DNA of 42,505 nt from Gammaproteobacteria bacterium (GCA_047629275.1 JBLHWR010000002.1:1-42505), one strand, 5' to 3'. Shown: positions 17,818-27,975, numbered from the stretch's first letter. Translations and numbers: made by a program. Notes: generated from the letters alone by a model not told the origin.

Positions 17818-18580
17818 ATTTCATATCACGGCCAACTGAGGGACGCGCCACTTTACCCAGCATGAGGTTTCTTGCAACCCAACGATGGCGAATGGGTGTC
17901 ATTGGGGAAATATTTTTGCTATAAATCAACACATTGAGTGCAGATGAAAAAGGCAACCAGCTTTTCATTCCCTTTTCCAACCACGACAATTTACTGATCA
18001 ACCCCACATGATGGATAGGCAGCATATAACCAACCTGTAAATGCTTTTGCTTATCAAACCCTAGTAGTTTCATCCAGTCAGTCATTCGCCTAGCAGTGTA
18101 AAAATGTCCACTCCAAGGAATCTGTTCTAACCAGGATTGGAAAAAATGTCTTAAACCCCAAAACGATATTGGATTGAAATCGATGATAATTAGTTTGCCC
18201 TCAGGAATCAGCACTCGAAAAGCCTCACGTAAAATGGCATGCGGCTCTTTTGTGTGAGACAAGTGATGCATTAGTACGACCAGATCGACACTATCGCTAG
18301 CAATCGGTAGCAAAGCAGGATGGGCCCTGGCATCAAGGCCATTACTATTGGCATCAAGATTAAAATGATATTTTACCCGGCAAGATTCAAGCAAAGCTGA
18401 CGCTTGCAGCACGCAGCCGATTTGAATTGAGTAGTAGCCAAAAGTCGTTGCCAATACTGGGTCCAAGCAAGACTTTAATTCACTGGACAAAATCTCACCT
18501 AATGGCGTTTGATACCATTGACTAATACTCAAAAGCTTTTGCTGCTTTATCTTTTTGGGTTTATTTTGACTAAATCGCAT
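17807..18580 (-). CDS. class I SAM-dependent methyltransferase
   Basis: 257 aa with a methyltransferase type-11-like core ([34 protein letters not shown]). Its position upstream of rnhA-dnaQ is as in pseudomonads. Confidence 0.65.
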   Translation of the reverse strand: MRFSQNKPKKIKQQKLLSISQWYQTPLGEILSSELKSCLDPVLATTFGYYSIQIGCVLQASALLESCRVKYHFNLDANSNGLDARAHPALLPIASDSVDLVVLMHHLSHTKEPHAILREAFRVLIPEGKLIIIDFNPISFWGLRHFFQSWLEQIPWSGHFYTARRMTDWMKLLGFDKQKHLQVGYMLPIHHVGLISKLSWLEKGMKSWLPFSSALNVLIYSKNISPMTPIRHRWVARNLMLGKVARPSVGRDMKYDK

Positions 18581-18663
18581 TTGAATCTTATTTCATGAAC
18601 AGTACAATGGAACTTATTTTAACGCTTACACCCTTCCGTTACTAACAATTTAGATGGTTATAA

Positions 18664-20439
18664 ATGAAACTAGGTTTAAACATTGGCTTATGCGCCACAC
18701 TTTCTTGCCTTTTGCTTGTGTCGGGCTGTCAAACATTACAACCTATTCAAGTGGACCAAATCCAATCTGAGCCGGTGTTGACTGCAGCAAAAGATGACAC
18801 CCCATCGGCTCCAGACACAACGACACAAACTGTCACCACAATACAGAATGCTGAACCATCTGTTTCAGTTGACGTTAATCCATCCTCAGACACGCTTGAA
18901 AAACAAAAACAAGCTGCCGCCATGCATCAAATGGCAATTGACCTAGCTAAAGCCGAAGAAGATAGACTTGCTACTATTCAAGCACTTGAAAAAATTGCGC
19001 TCGCCGAAGCCGAACTTAAAAATCAGAACGACGCTTGGTACCGCTTACGACAAGGTATGCAGCTCGAACAGGTCGACAATAAACGGGTTCAAGCACAATT
19101 AAAATGGTTTTTAGAACACAGAGCTTACCTGACTCGTGTAATGGAACGTGCTGCACCTATTCTACCTTTTGTTTTAAATGAACTCGAAAAACAAAATTTG
19201 CCAACAGAACTGGCATTACTACCGATTGTCGAAAGTGCTTACCAAGCGTTTGCTTACTCTCCTGGCAGAGCCTCAGGACTGTGGCAAATAATACCATCGA
19301 CGGGTCGGCACCTCGGTCTAAAACAAAACTGGTGGTATGACGGTCGTCGCGACATTATCGAATCAACCCGTGCCGCTATCAGTTACCTGGTCAGTCTATC
19401 AGCCCAATTCGATGGTGATTGGGAATTGGCGTTAGCCTCGTATAATGCCGGACCAGGCAGGATACGATCAGCAATTCGCTACAATAAGAAAAAGAATCGT
19501 CCCACAGATTTCTGGCATTTAACAAAAATACATAGAGAGACAATAAACTATGTGCCCAAGTTTATGGCACTAAAAGAATTATTTGAGAATCCAGAAAAAT
19601 ATAACCTGGAATTATTTCCAGTCGATAATAAACATAGCTACGCCATAGTAGAGCTTGATGGTCAGTTGGATCTTGCGTTAGCAGCCGAGTTAGCAGACAT
19701 TACGCTCAATGAATTGTATCAATTAAATCCTGCTTTTAACCGTTGGGCCACTGCACCTAAAGGTCCCCATCGCCTGTTATTACCCCTTGATAAAGCCGAT
19801 GCTTTTAAAGTCGCCTTGCAAGCAGTTCCTCCAGAAAAACGTATAAACTGGATTCGGCATCAAATTAAATCAGGTGAAAGCCTAGGAACAATATCAGGCC
19901 AATATCGAACGACGATATCGCTTATAAAAAGTGTTAATAAGATCAAGGGCACTCAAATACGCGCAGGCAAATATTTGATGATACCAACCGCAACTAAGTC
20001 GTTAAAGACTTATACGATGACTAAAAATGCGCGTTTAGAAAAAATACAAAATAAACCTCGATCAGGCACAAAAAAAGCCCACATTGTTCGTTCGGGACAA
20101 AGCCTCTGGACCATTTCTCGACATTATGGTGTTACTACAGCGGCGCTGGCCAAATGGAATGGCATAGCACCAATTGACACTCTCCACGTAGGACAAAAGC
20201 TCATCATTTGGACGAAAAGAGCATCCGAAGCTCAACAAGCCAGCTTATCAACTACCGGACAAGCTAAAACGGTTCGAGCATTAAGATATACCATTAGGAA
20301 AGGTGACTCACTATCCTACATTGCAAATCGATTTAATATTCGCATCTCGGACATCAAACGCTGGAACAAGATTGGTAAATATATCCAACCAGGTCAAAAA
20401 TTAAAATTATATGTCGATATTACTCAACAATCAGGTTAA
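18664..20439 (+). CDS. mltD: membrane-bound lytic murein transglycosylase D (lipoprotein, three LysM repeats)
   Basis: Lipobox LLVSGC. SLT catalytic region (PIVESAYQAFAYSPGRASGLWQI...ASYNAGPGR). Three C-terminal LysM domains. Confidence 0.88.
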   Translation: MKLGLNIGLCATLSCLLLVSGCQTLQPIQVDQIQSEPVLTAAKDDTPSAPDTTTQTVTTIQNAEPSVSVDVNPSSDTLEKQKQAAAMHQMAIDLAKAEEDRLATIQALEKIALAEAELKNQNDAWYRLRQGMQLEQVDNKRVQAQLKWFLEHRAYLTRVMERAAPILPFVLNELEKQNLPTELALLPIVESAYQAFAYSPGRASGLWQIIPSTGRHLGLKQNWWYDGRRDIIESTRAAISYLVSLSAQFDGDWELALASYNAGPGRIRSAIRYNKKKNRPTDFWHLTKIHRETINYVPKFMALKELFENPEKYNLELFPVDNKHSYAIVELDGQLDLALAAELADITLNELYQLNPAFNRWATAPKGPHRLLLPLDKADAFKVALQAVPPEKRINWIRHQIKSGESLGTISGQYRTTISLIKSVNKIKGTQIRAGKYLMIPTATKSLKTYTMTKNARLEKIQNKPRSGTKKAHIVRSGQSLWTISRHYGVTTAALAKWNGIAPIDTLHVGQKLIIWTKRASEAQQASLSTTGQAKTVRALRYTIRKGDSLSYIANRFNIRISDIKRWNKIGKYIQPGQKLKLYVDITQQSG

Positions 20440-20841
20440 CCCTGCTTAGTCAGTTAGTGATCAAGATCTCAGTTTGGTTTTATAAATAGTCTATGCTTTA
20501 TTTAGGTGTTTTCACAGCCTGGAATGGATCTTAATAATATTTTAGTTTTAATGATTTGAATCTATCTTGAGTCTCATCATTATGTTGTTACTACAATTTT
20601 TTCTTTACTGACCTTAGCTATTAGTAATAGTAGTTTAAAGAGGCTAAATGATCAGCTAATTGGCTGCTTAATATAGCCTGCTGAAAACTTACCTGATATA
20701 AAATATTCGGGTGGATATGTAATCCAAGTTATTGCCTATCGTTAACGACACGTTGATGAAGAATGCATATTAGCAATATCAACTGATATAGAACTTTCAG
20801 CCGGTTTAAGGGCATTTTTACCTTTATGGTTTAACTTATTG

Positions 20842-21666
20842 ATGAATCTGCAAGAAAAAATAGTCATATTAGGAATGACTGATACAGGCAAAGTTAGGCA
20901 AAAGAATGAAGATAGTATTGGGTACGACAGTGCGCTTGGTCTGGTTGTTCTAGCCGATGGCATGGGTGGTCATCGTGGCGGTGAGGTCGCTAGTAGTCTC
21001 GCTGTTGATGTGATAATTAGTACTATTCAGCAACAATTATCTCAGACTACTTATAAAAAAACCGACTCTAAAAGTGAGTTTACTTTAGAATCAATTTATC
21101 TTCGAGATGCCGTTAGCTCGGCCAATAAACAAGTATTTGAAAAGGCAGAAACTAGCTCCGAACAAAAGGGTATGGGCACCACTATTGTGGCATTACTGTT
21201 CCATAATGGCACTCTGTCTTTGGTACATATTGGTGACTCTCGATGTTATCGACTTCGAGGTGGCAAAATAGAACAAATCACAAAAGATCACTCACTCCTT
21301 CAGGAGCTAGTTGATAGAGGTTTTTACACCTCTGAAGAAGCTCAAAAATCAGTGAAAAAAAACCTCGTTACTCGCGCGCTTGGTATTGATCAAGACGTTA
21401 AGGTAGATCTTTTAGAAGATATTGTTTTAAAAAAAGACATTTATTTACTTTGTTCTGATGGCCTCACAGACTTGATTAATGATGCGGATATATACTTAAC
21501 TATTAACAAATTTAGTGATAATCTCGAAAAGGCCGCTGTGCAACTAATTACAATGGCAAACCAGAAAGGTGGGAAGGATAATATATCAGTCATGCTATGC
21601 CGTGTTGATAAAGATTTTTCTACTCGAATGGCCTGGATTAGAAAGATAATTGCGTGGTTTGATTAA
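20842..21666 (+). CDS. PP2C-family Ser/Thr protein phosphatase
   Basis: I took the ATG at 20842; the track starts one codon earlier at a TTG. All PP2C motifs are present: RQKNEDS, ADGMGGHRGGE, GMGTT, HIGDSR, CSDGLTD, GGKDNIS. No obvious SD. Confidence 0.88.
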   Translation: MNLQEKIVILGMTDTGKVRQKNEDSIGYDSALGLVVLADGMGGHRGGEVASSLAVDVIISTIQQQLSQTTYKKTDSKSEFTLESIYLRDAVSSANKQVFEKAETSSEQKGMGTTIVALLFHNGTLSLVHIGDSRCYRLRGGKIEQITKDHSLLQELVDRGFYTSEEAQKSVKKNLVTRALGIDQDVKVDLLEDIVLKKDIYLLCSDGLTDLINDADIYLTINKFSDNLEKAAVQLITMANQKGGKDNISVMLCRVDKDFSTRMAWIRKIIAWFD

Positions 21667-21709
21667 TGGGTTTAACCAATAGAGATACCTTTAGAGGCTG
21701 GATATAAAA

Positions 21710-22414
21710 ATGGTCGCAAGATTGATCACATCATCAACTACTGGTGAACAGGAAGTGTTTCTTTTATCAAAAGAAACTACGACGATTGGGCGCAAGCCAA
21801 ATAACGACATTTATATCGATAATTTATCCGTCAGTGGTAAGCACGCTCAGTTAATCACTGTACGTGGAGATTCATTTTTAGAAGATCTTGGTAGCACCAA
21901 TGGGACTTATGTTAATGGGAAACTAATTAAAAAACATATTCTCATCCATGGCGACAATATAACACTTGGGAAATATCAAATAACCTATCAGAGTGATTCT
22001 AGTTCTGATGAACAGGATTCTCAACAAACTATGGCAATTGAGCCGAGTGAAGCAAGTCTTTCTCAAGCACCTGTTGTTAGGGCGCTAGACAAATCGGTGC
22101 AGGAAAATTTGACCGCTAATCCAGCTCCGTCATCAATCAACGATAAAGAAGCTTGCTTACAGCTTTTAAGCGGTGCTAATGCTGGCAAAGAGCTCATTTT
22201 GAAAAAAGCGCTCACCACCATTGGACAACCTGGCGTACAGGTCGCTGCAATTACACGCAGGCCACAAGGTTACTTTTTAATACATGTGGACGGTGGGCCT
22301 AATAACGCCGTTCCTAAAGTTGCAGATATACCCATAGGTTCAAGTGCTTATGAGCTAAAAAGTCACGACATTATTGAACTAGCAGGAGTTAAAATGGAGT
22401 TCTATCTGAAATAA
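21710..22414 (+). CDS. FHA-domain protein (canonical N-terminal FHA, Ser/Gln-rich linker, degenerate FHA-like C-terminal domain)
   Basis: The N-terminal FHA carries the pThr-binding residues: TIGRK, SVSGKHAQL, GSTNGTYVNG. It lies 43 nt after the PP2C gene on the same strand, with GAGG upstream. Confidence 0.85.
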   Translation: MVARLITSSTTGEQEVFLLSKETTTIGRKPNNDIYIDNLSVSGKHAQLITVRGDSFLEDLGSTNGTYVNGKLIKKHILIHGDNITLGKYQITYQSDSSSDEQDSQQTMAIEPSEASLSQAPVVRALDKSVQENLTANPAPSSINDKEACLQLLSGANAGKELILKKALTTIGQPGVQVAAITRRPQGYFLIHVDGGPNNAVPKVADIPIGSSAYELKSHDIIELAGVKMEFYLK

Positions 22415-22458
22415 GTTTGATTTTTACGTACTTCTCGAAGTAGCTAAACGGGTTTATT

Positions 22459-23695
22459 TTACCAATTAGCTCGTAACTCTTCTGCTAGAATTTTAACCCC
22501 TTTTTTTACGTCTTCCTCGCTTTGAACATAGTTAATACGGATGCAACTTTGGGCATGTTGCGATACGGTTTCTTGTCCTGGGAAAAAATATTCTCCAGGA
22601 ACAACCAATAAACCTTTTCGTTTTAGATGCTGATACAACTCGCTGGTTGTTATTTTTAAACCTTCAAACCATAACCATAAAAACAAAGCGCCTTCGGGTT
22701 CGTGAATATGAAATCGAGGATCATTTATTTCCGTTTGTAACAACTCAATCGTAGCCAGAGCGCGCTGACGATAAAACGGCAGAATCAAATCATGACACAG
22801 TGGCAACAATAATTTATCTCGCAGCAGTTGATTAACAATAGCGGGCCCGATACCACCGGGCGCAAGACTGGTGATTGCTGTCATGTTACTAAACTGTTTT
22901 ATTACCGCTTCGTTAGCGATCACAATGCCTGTTCTAGCACCAGGTAATCCAAGCTTAGACAAGCTCATACAGACAATGGTATTTTCATCCCAAAACGGCG
23001 TCGCTTCGGTAAAAATAATACTGGGGAACGGCGTACCGTAAGCACTATCGATTAATAGAGGCACATCATTATTTTTTGCCAACTGTGCCAAGTTTTGGCA
23101 CTCATCATCAGTAATCACATTCCCACTCGGATTCGTAGGACGAGACACACAAATTAAGCCAGTATCATTCGTGATATCTAGGTTATCAAAGTCAATCTGA
23201 TACTTAAACATGCCGTTGGCCAAATGATTTATTCTGGCCGATTGACTCGTGATCATAGACTTTTCGATTCCAACATCGGTATAACCAATATATTCTGGAA
23301 CCAGTGGTATTAGCACCTTTTTAAATTGGCCCTTCGATCTCCCTGCAAAAGAATTAAACAACATAAAAAAAGAACTCTGACTGCCGTGAGTAAGAGCAAT
23401 ATTCTTTTCAGTAATATTCCACCCATACTGCTGCCGAAAAAAAAGTCAACGATTCTATAAATGCGGTCTTACCACGAGGCCCATCATAGTTCGTTAAACT
23501 GCTCACTAGCTCATTAGACGTTTGCATTTTTTGAAGTGTGGTTTCAAAAATAGCCAATACTTCTGGAATTGCGGCTGGATTTCCACCCCCCATCATGATT
23601 ACGTCATCCTGCAATAACCCTTCATTTAGGTCGTCCATTAAATGGGTTATGCCCGAGTAACCTGCAAATCGTTCGCCAAAATCTGAAAAAATCAT
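22459..23695 (-). pseudogene. avtA: valine-pyruvate aminotransferase gene interrupted by a +1 frameshift in a homopolymer
   Basis: Two track ORFs (23408-23743 and 22459-23364) are colinear with my recollection of E. coli AvtA: FGERFAGYSGITHLMDDLNEGL, GGGNPA, NYDGPRGK, then NIALTHGSQSSFF, CVSRPTNPSGNVITD, SLSKLGLPG, EGALFLWLWF. The frames switch inside the A8 run at 23437-23444 (T8 on the coding strand). With 7 bases the gene reads LTFFRQQYGWNITEKNIALT without interruption. Confidence 0.8.
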
Positions 23696-23869
23696 AATAC
23701 CAACTTGAATTTTATTCGCGTGATTAGCATAACGTATACGCATTAACTTAAAATGACAAATATCAGTTTAGATCGTTATCAAAACGCATAAGTTGAATTT
23801 GACACTAACCAGTATTCTGGCAACATAAGCCCAATGAAAACCATCTATTCAAAATAAAAATACTTTGGC

Positions 23870-24892
23870 ATGCGTGACTATTTACTTCGTCGATTAATAC
23901 TCATCCCTCCCACGTTACTTGGTATCATGGTGATCGTATTTGCGATCACTCGACTCGTGCCAGGTGGCCCACTGGAACGCGCTATCATGGAGCTACAACA
24001 GCTGGATGCTACAACCGGCATATCAACATCAATTGCAGGCCAGGACATGGCCATTTCAGAGCAACAGCTCGATCAACTTCGTCAGTACTATGGCTTCGAC
24101 AAACCGCTGATCGAGAGTTTTGCAAACTGGTCGTGGAAAGTGTTACAAGGTGATCTTGGGTCATCCTATCGCTATAACGAACCGGTATGGGACGTCATCC
24201 AACAACGCCTGCCCATCTCGATTTATTACGGATTGGTTACTCTAGTGATGACTTATCTGGTGTGTATTCCACTGGGTGTCCTTAAGGCCATCAGACATCG
24301 CACACTGGTAGACACCCTCACATCCATCCTTATATTTACCGGTTATGCTATTCCTGGCTATGCCCTTGGCTCACTCTTGTTACTCTACTTTTCAGTTCAA
24401 TTAGAGTGGTTCCCGATGGGTGGTTTTGTCAGTTTCAGTTACGCCGAAATGAGTTCATCAGAAAAGATTGGCGACATCATTTGGCATTCTGTCCTCCCTC
24501 TAACTTGCTATATGGTTGGCAGCTTTGCATTAATTACGCTGTTGTTAAAGAATCATTTACTCGACAACCTTGCAGCTGACTACATGAGAACAGCGATAGC
24601 AAAAGGCGTATCGTATCGTCGCTCGGTGACCGCCCATGCAATGAGAAACTCGATGATACCGATAGCAACCACCTTCGGTCAAAACATCACCTTACTAGTA
24701 TCGGGTTCGTTTTTAATTGAGACTATTTTTGATATCGATGGATTTGGTTTGCTTGGTTTCAATGCCATTATTGACCGTGACTATCCGGTAGTGATGGGTA
24801 TCGTATTGCTAAGCAGTTTATTGCTTCTGATCGGTAATATCATTTCAGATATTTTAGTCACATTGGTCGATCCAAGAATTCGTTTCCAATAA
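23870..24892 (+). CDS. yejB: ABC permease, YejB-like (microcin C/peptide importer type)
   Basis: 340 aa, colinear with E. coli YejB as I recall it (YGFDKP, DRDYPV, LVDPRI-F). Confidence 0.75.
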   Translation: MRDYLLRRLILIPPTLLGIMVIVFAITRLVPGGPLERAIMELQQLDATTGISTSIAGQDMAISEQQLDQLRQYYGFDKPLIESFANWSWKVLQGDLGSSYRYNEPVWDVIQQRLPISIYYGLVTLVMTYLVCIPLGVLKAIRHRTLVDTLTSILIFTGYAIPGYALGSLLLLYFSVQLEWFPMGGFVSFSYAEMSSSEKIGDIIWHSVLPLTCYMVGSFALITLLLKNHLLDNLAADYMRTAIAKGVSYRRSVTAHAMRNSMIPIATTFGQNITLLVSGSFLIETIFDIDGFGLLGFNAIIDRDYPVVMGIVLLSSLLLLIGNIISDILVTLVDPRIRFQ

Positions 24893-24897
24893 CGCGT

Positions 24898-25959
24898 ATG
24901 TTTAATCCACAGACTCAGAAAAAAATAAACCGTTTCTGTCAAATCAAACTCGGTTATGGCTCTCTCATAATTTTAACCTTTATCTTGCTGGTTAGCCTAC
25001 TGGCTGAATTGCTCGTCAATAACCGAGCACTCATTGTCAAATACGAAGGAACGTTCTTTCTACCCACTTATACTGCTTTCCACCCCGGCACTGACTTTGG
25101 GCTCGACTATAGCTATGAAACTAATTATCGCGAGCTACAAAAAAAGTTTTCAAATCAGCAAGATGGCAACTGGGTTCTGATGCCTTTAGTGCCCTTTAGC
25201 CCTAATGAAAATCATACCAGTGGAAGCCAATTTAAAGCGACGGCACCGTCTTTTGAGCAAAAACACTTTCTAGGAACAGATACCACTAGTCGAGATATTC
25301 TGGCCCGCCTTGTTTATGGCACACGAATCGCACTTTTCTTTGCTCTGGGATTCACTTTTTGTGTCTATCTAATTGGTGTCAGCATTGGCTGTATGATGGG
25401 CTATTTTGGTGGTGTGTACGATCTTATATTTCAAAGACTAATAGAGATTTGGTCAAATATTCCATTCCTATATATGGTTATCATCGTGTTTTCAGTGGTG
25501 CCTGGCGATTTCGACACGACCAGTAGAATCGGCTTATTACTTCTCGTCATGGTATTATTTTCGTGGACTTCAATGACTTACTTTATGCGCACTGAAACAT
25601 ACAAACAAAAGTCTCGAGATTATGTCGCGGCGGCCAGAGTTATGGGTGCCAGCCACAGCCGTATTATTTTTCATCACATTCTGCCAAACATTCTTTCGAC
25701 CTTAATTACGCTGATACCTTTCACTATTGTTGGCGCTATCACCGCTATCACGGCTCTTGATTTTCTAGGCTTTGGCTTACCACCGCCAACCCCTAGTCTG
25801 GGCGAGTTACTAAAACAAGGAACCGCCAACTTGCGCACGGCACCGTGGATTATTATCACCGCTTTCAGTACGCTTATCCTGCTGTTAGCGCTCATTACTT
25901 TTATCGGTGAAGCATTACGTGAAGCATTTGATCCCAAAAAATTTACGGCATACCGCTAA
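24898..25959 (+). CDS. yejE: ABC permease, YejE-like
   Basis: 353 aa polytopic permease with a long periplasmic N-terminal loop (HFLGTDTTSRDILARLVYG) and a C-terminal REAFDPK. Confidence 0.7.
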   Translation: MFNPQTQKKINRFCQIKLGYGSLIILTFILLVSLLAELLVNNRALIVKYEGTFFLPTYTAFHPGTDFGLDYSYETNYRELQKKFSNQQDGNWVLMPLVPFSPNENHTSGSQFKATAPSFEQKHFLGTDTTSRDILARLVYGTRIALFFALGFTFCVYLIGVSIGCMMGYFGGVYDLIFQRLIEIWSNIPFLYMVIIVFSVVPGDFDTTSRIGLLLLVMVLFSWTSMTYFMRTETYKQKSRDYVAAARVMGASHSRIIFHHILPNILSTLITLIPFTIVGAITAITALDFLGFGLPPPTPSLGELLKQGTANLRTAPWIIITAFSTLILLLALITFIGEALREAFDPKKFTAYR

Positions 25960-25980
25960 CAAACAACCATGAGGTGACCT

Positions 25981-27975
25981 GTGCTCAAAGGCCTATTAAA
26001 ACTCAATTTTCCAATCCATTTAAGCTTACTGCTGTTATTACTGATCAGTGCTTGCAGTGATAGTAATGATACTGAGAAAAGCCTCGATGCAAATAAAACC
26101 CCAGATAACACGGCCGAAGTTAAAGCTTATTATGCCGCTAACTCATCGTTTTTCTCTTTCAAATACCTGTCTGACTTACCGGATGATCTGGTGTGGGAAA
26201 ATGGGTCAGAGCTAGCAGAGTTTGGCTCACCAAATGCGATTAAAGGAGGAACACAATATAACTCACTGCAGGACTTTCCGCGTACTCTTCGTCAAGTGGG
26301 TCCAGATTCAAACGGATCATTTCGTCGCTGGATACTGGATGACGTTTCAATGCCAGCTGCACAAGCACACCCCAATAATAGCAATCATTTTTTTCCCGGC
26401 CTCGCAACCCAGTGGGCGGTGTCATCCAAACGTAAAACGACCTATATAAAACTTAATCCATTGGCTCGATGGTCTGATGGAGAAAAAGTAACTGCAGATG
26501 ACTATTTATTCAGTTTCTTTTTCTACCGTTCGACTGACATCGTCGCACCTTGGTACAACAATTGGTATAGCACCATGTACACCAATATTACTAAATATAA
26601 TGACTATACGATTTCGATTTCGATTCCTAATGTTAAACCCGACATGTATGCCCGAACACTCTCACTATCGCCAACGCCACAACACTTTTATAAAGAGCTC
26701 GGTGGCGACTTTGTTGAACGCTACCAATGGCGCTTTGTGCCAACCACAGGTGCTTATCAAGTTAAACCCAGTGATATTAAGAAAGGTCGTTCGATATCAC
26801 TGAGCAAAGTCGAGAATTGGTGGGCAAAAGATCTTCCTTTTTGGCGGTACCGTTTTAATCCTGACAGAATTCAATTTAATATTATTCGAGATAACGCTAA
26901 AGTATTCGAATCTTTCCTTAGAGGAGACATTGACCAGTTTGGGCTCAACTTGGCCGAGTATTGGTACGACAAGCTGGCGGATGACCATGAGAGTGTAGCG
27001 AAAGGATATATTCATAAGACTACTTTTTATAATCAACACCCCCGTCCCACTTATGGTCTCTGGATCAATAGCTCAAAGCCAATATTAGATCAAAAAGAAG
27101 TTCGTATCGGCATCAATCACGCAGCAAATTGGGCGTTGGTTATAGAAAAATATTTCAGAGCTGACTACGAACGATTACGCTCAACCGCTGATGGCTATGG
27201 AGACTTTACCCATCCGACACTAACAGCAAGGCAATTTGATATTGAACTGGCATTGAAGCACTTTGCTTTAGCCGGATTCACCACTAGAAATGAAGATGGA
27301 ATACTCGTTAATAGCGATCAACAGAAACTTGCTTTTACTCTAACCACCGGATACGAAGCCTTAAAAGACGTTCTCACCATATTAAAAGAAGAAGCCGCTA
27401 AAGCGGGACTTGAATTACGAATTGAAGTGCTAGATAGCACCGCTGCTTGGAAAAAAGCTCAAGAGAAAAAACATGATATTCTATTCTCTGCTTTTGGTGT
27501 CGGCTTGGAAATGTATCCGCGTTACTGGGAAACCTATCATTCGGTTAATGCCTATGATCAGGCATTTCTTGCTGACGGCTCTACTAATCCCGACCGTAAG
27601 GTAAAAACCCAATCGAATAATCTGGAACTAGTCGCGAACCCAAAGATAGACGCCATGATCGATCAATATAGAGCTTCTTCGGACAAACAAGAGATGATTA
27701 GCCTAGCCCATAAACTGGATGAAGCATTGTATGATTACGCATCATTTTCACCGGGCTTCAAACAGTCTTACTTTCGCACTGGCTACTGGCGATGGATAAA
27801 ATATCCCGAAGGTTTCGGCCAAAAACATAGCTCGGGACCAACTCAACTCTTTACCTACTGGATCGACCAAGAGATGAAGAAGGAAACCCTGGAAGCTCGT
27901 CAGTCAGGTTTGGCATTCGAATCTGAAATTAAAGTCTTTGATCAGTATCGCCAAGACAGAAATGGAGGATCATAA
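25981..27975 (+). CDS. yejA: extracytoplasmic substrate-binding lipoprotein, YejA-like (SBP family 5)
   Basis: 664 aa with a GTG start. Lipobox LLISAC. Large family 5 SBP body. Confidence 0.7.
   Translation: MLKGLLKLNFPIHLSLLLLLLISACSDSNDTEKSLDANKTPDNTAEVKAYYAANSSFFSFKYLSDLPDDLVWENGSELAEFGSPNAIKGGTQYNSLQDFPRTLRQVGPDSNGSFRRWILDDVSMPAAQAHPNNSNHFFPGLATQWAVSSKRKTTYIKLNPLARWSDGEKVTADDYLFSFFFYRSTDIVAPWYNNWYSTMYTNITKYNDYTISISIPNVKPDMYARTLSLSPTPQHFYKELGGDFVERYQWRFVPTTGAYQVKPSDIKKGRSISLSKVENWWAKDLPFWRYRFNPDRIQFNIIRDNAKVFESFLRGDIDQFGLNLAEYWYDKLADDHESVAKGYIHKTTFYNQHPRPTYGLWINSSKPILDQKEVRIGINHAANWALVIEKYFRADYERLRSTADGYGDFTHPTLTARQFDIELALKHFALAGFTTRNEDGILVNSDQQKLAFTLTTGYEALKDVLTILKEEAAKAGLELRIEVLDSTAAWKKAQEKKHDILFSAFGVGLEMYPRYWETYHSVNAYDQAFLADGSTNPDRKVKTQSNNLELVANPKIDAMIDQYRASSDKQEMISLAHKLDEALYDYASFSPGFKQSYFRTGYWRWIKYPEGFGQKHSSGPTQLFTYWIDQEMKKETLEARQSGLAFESEIKVFDQYRQDRNGGS

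Noticed and set aside
20742-20963. 73-aa minus-strand ORF overlapping the PP2C start
   Set aside because: It lies antisense to the motif-rich N-terminus of the phosphatase and extends into the AT-rich spacer. It has no recognisable features.
20842-22414. Idea that the PP2C-FHA pair is a compositionally foreign insertion
   Set aside because: Hand counts over 14 consecutive 60-nt lines of the PP2C gene averaged about 39% GC. That is indistinguishable from my counts for flanking core genes (about 40-45%). No repeats, integrase or tRNA flank the pair.
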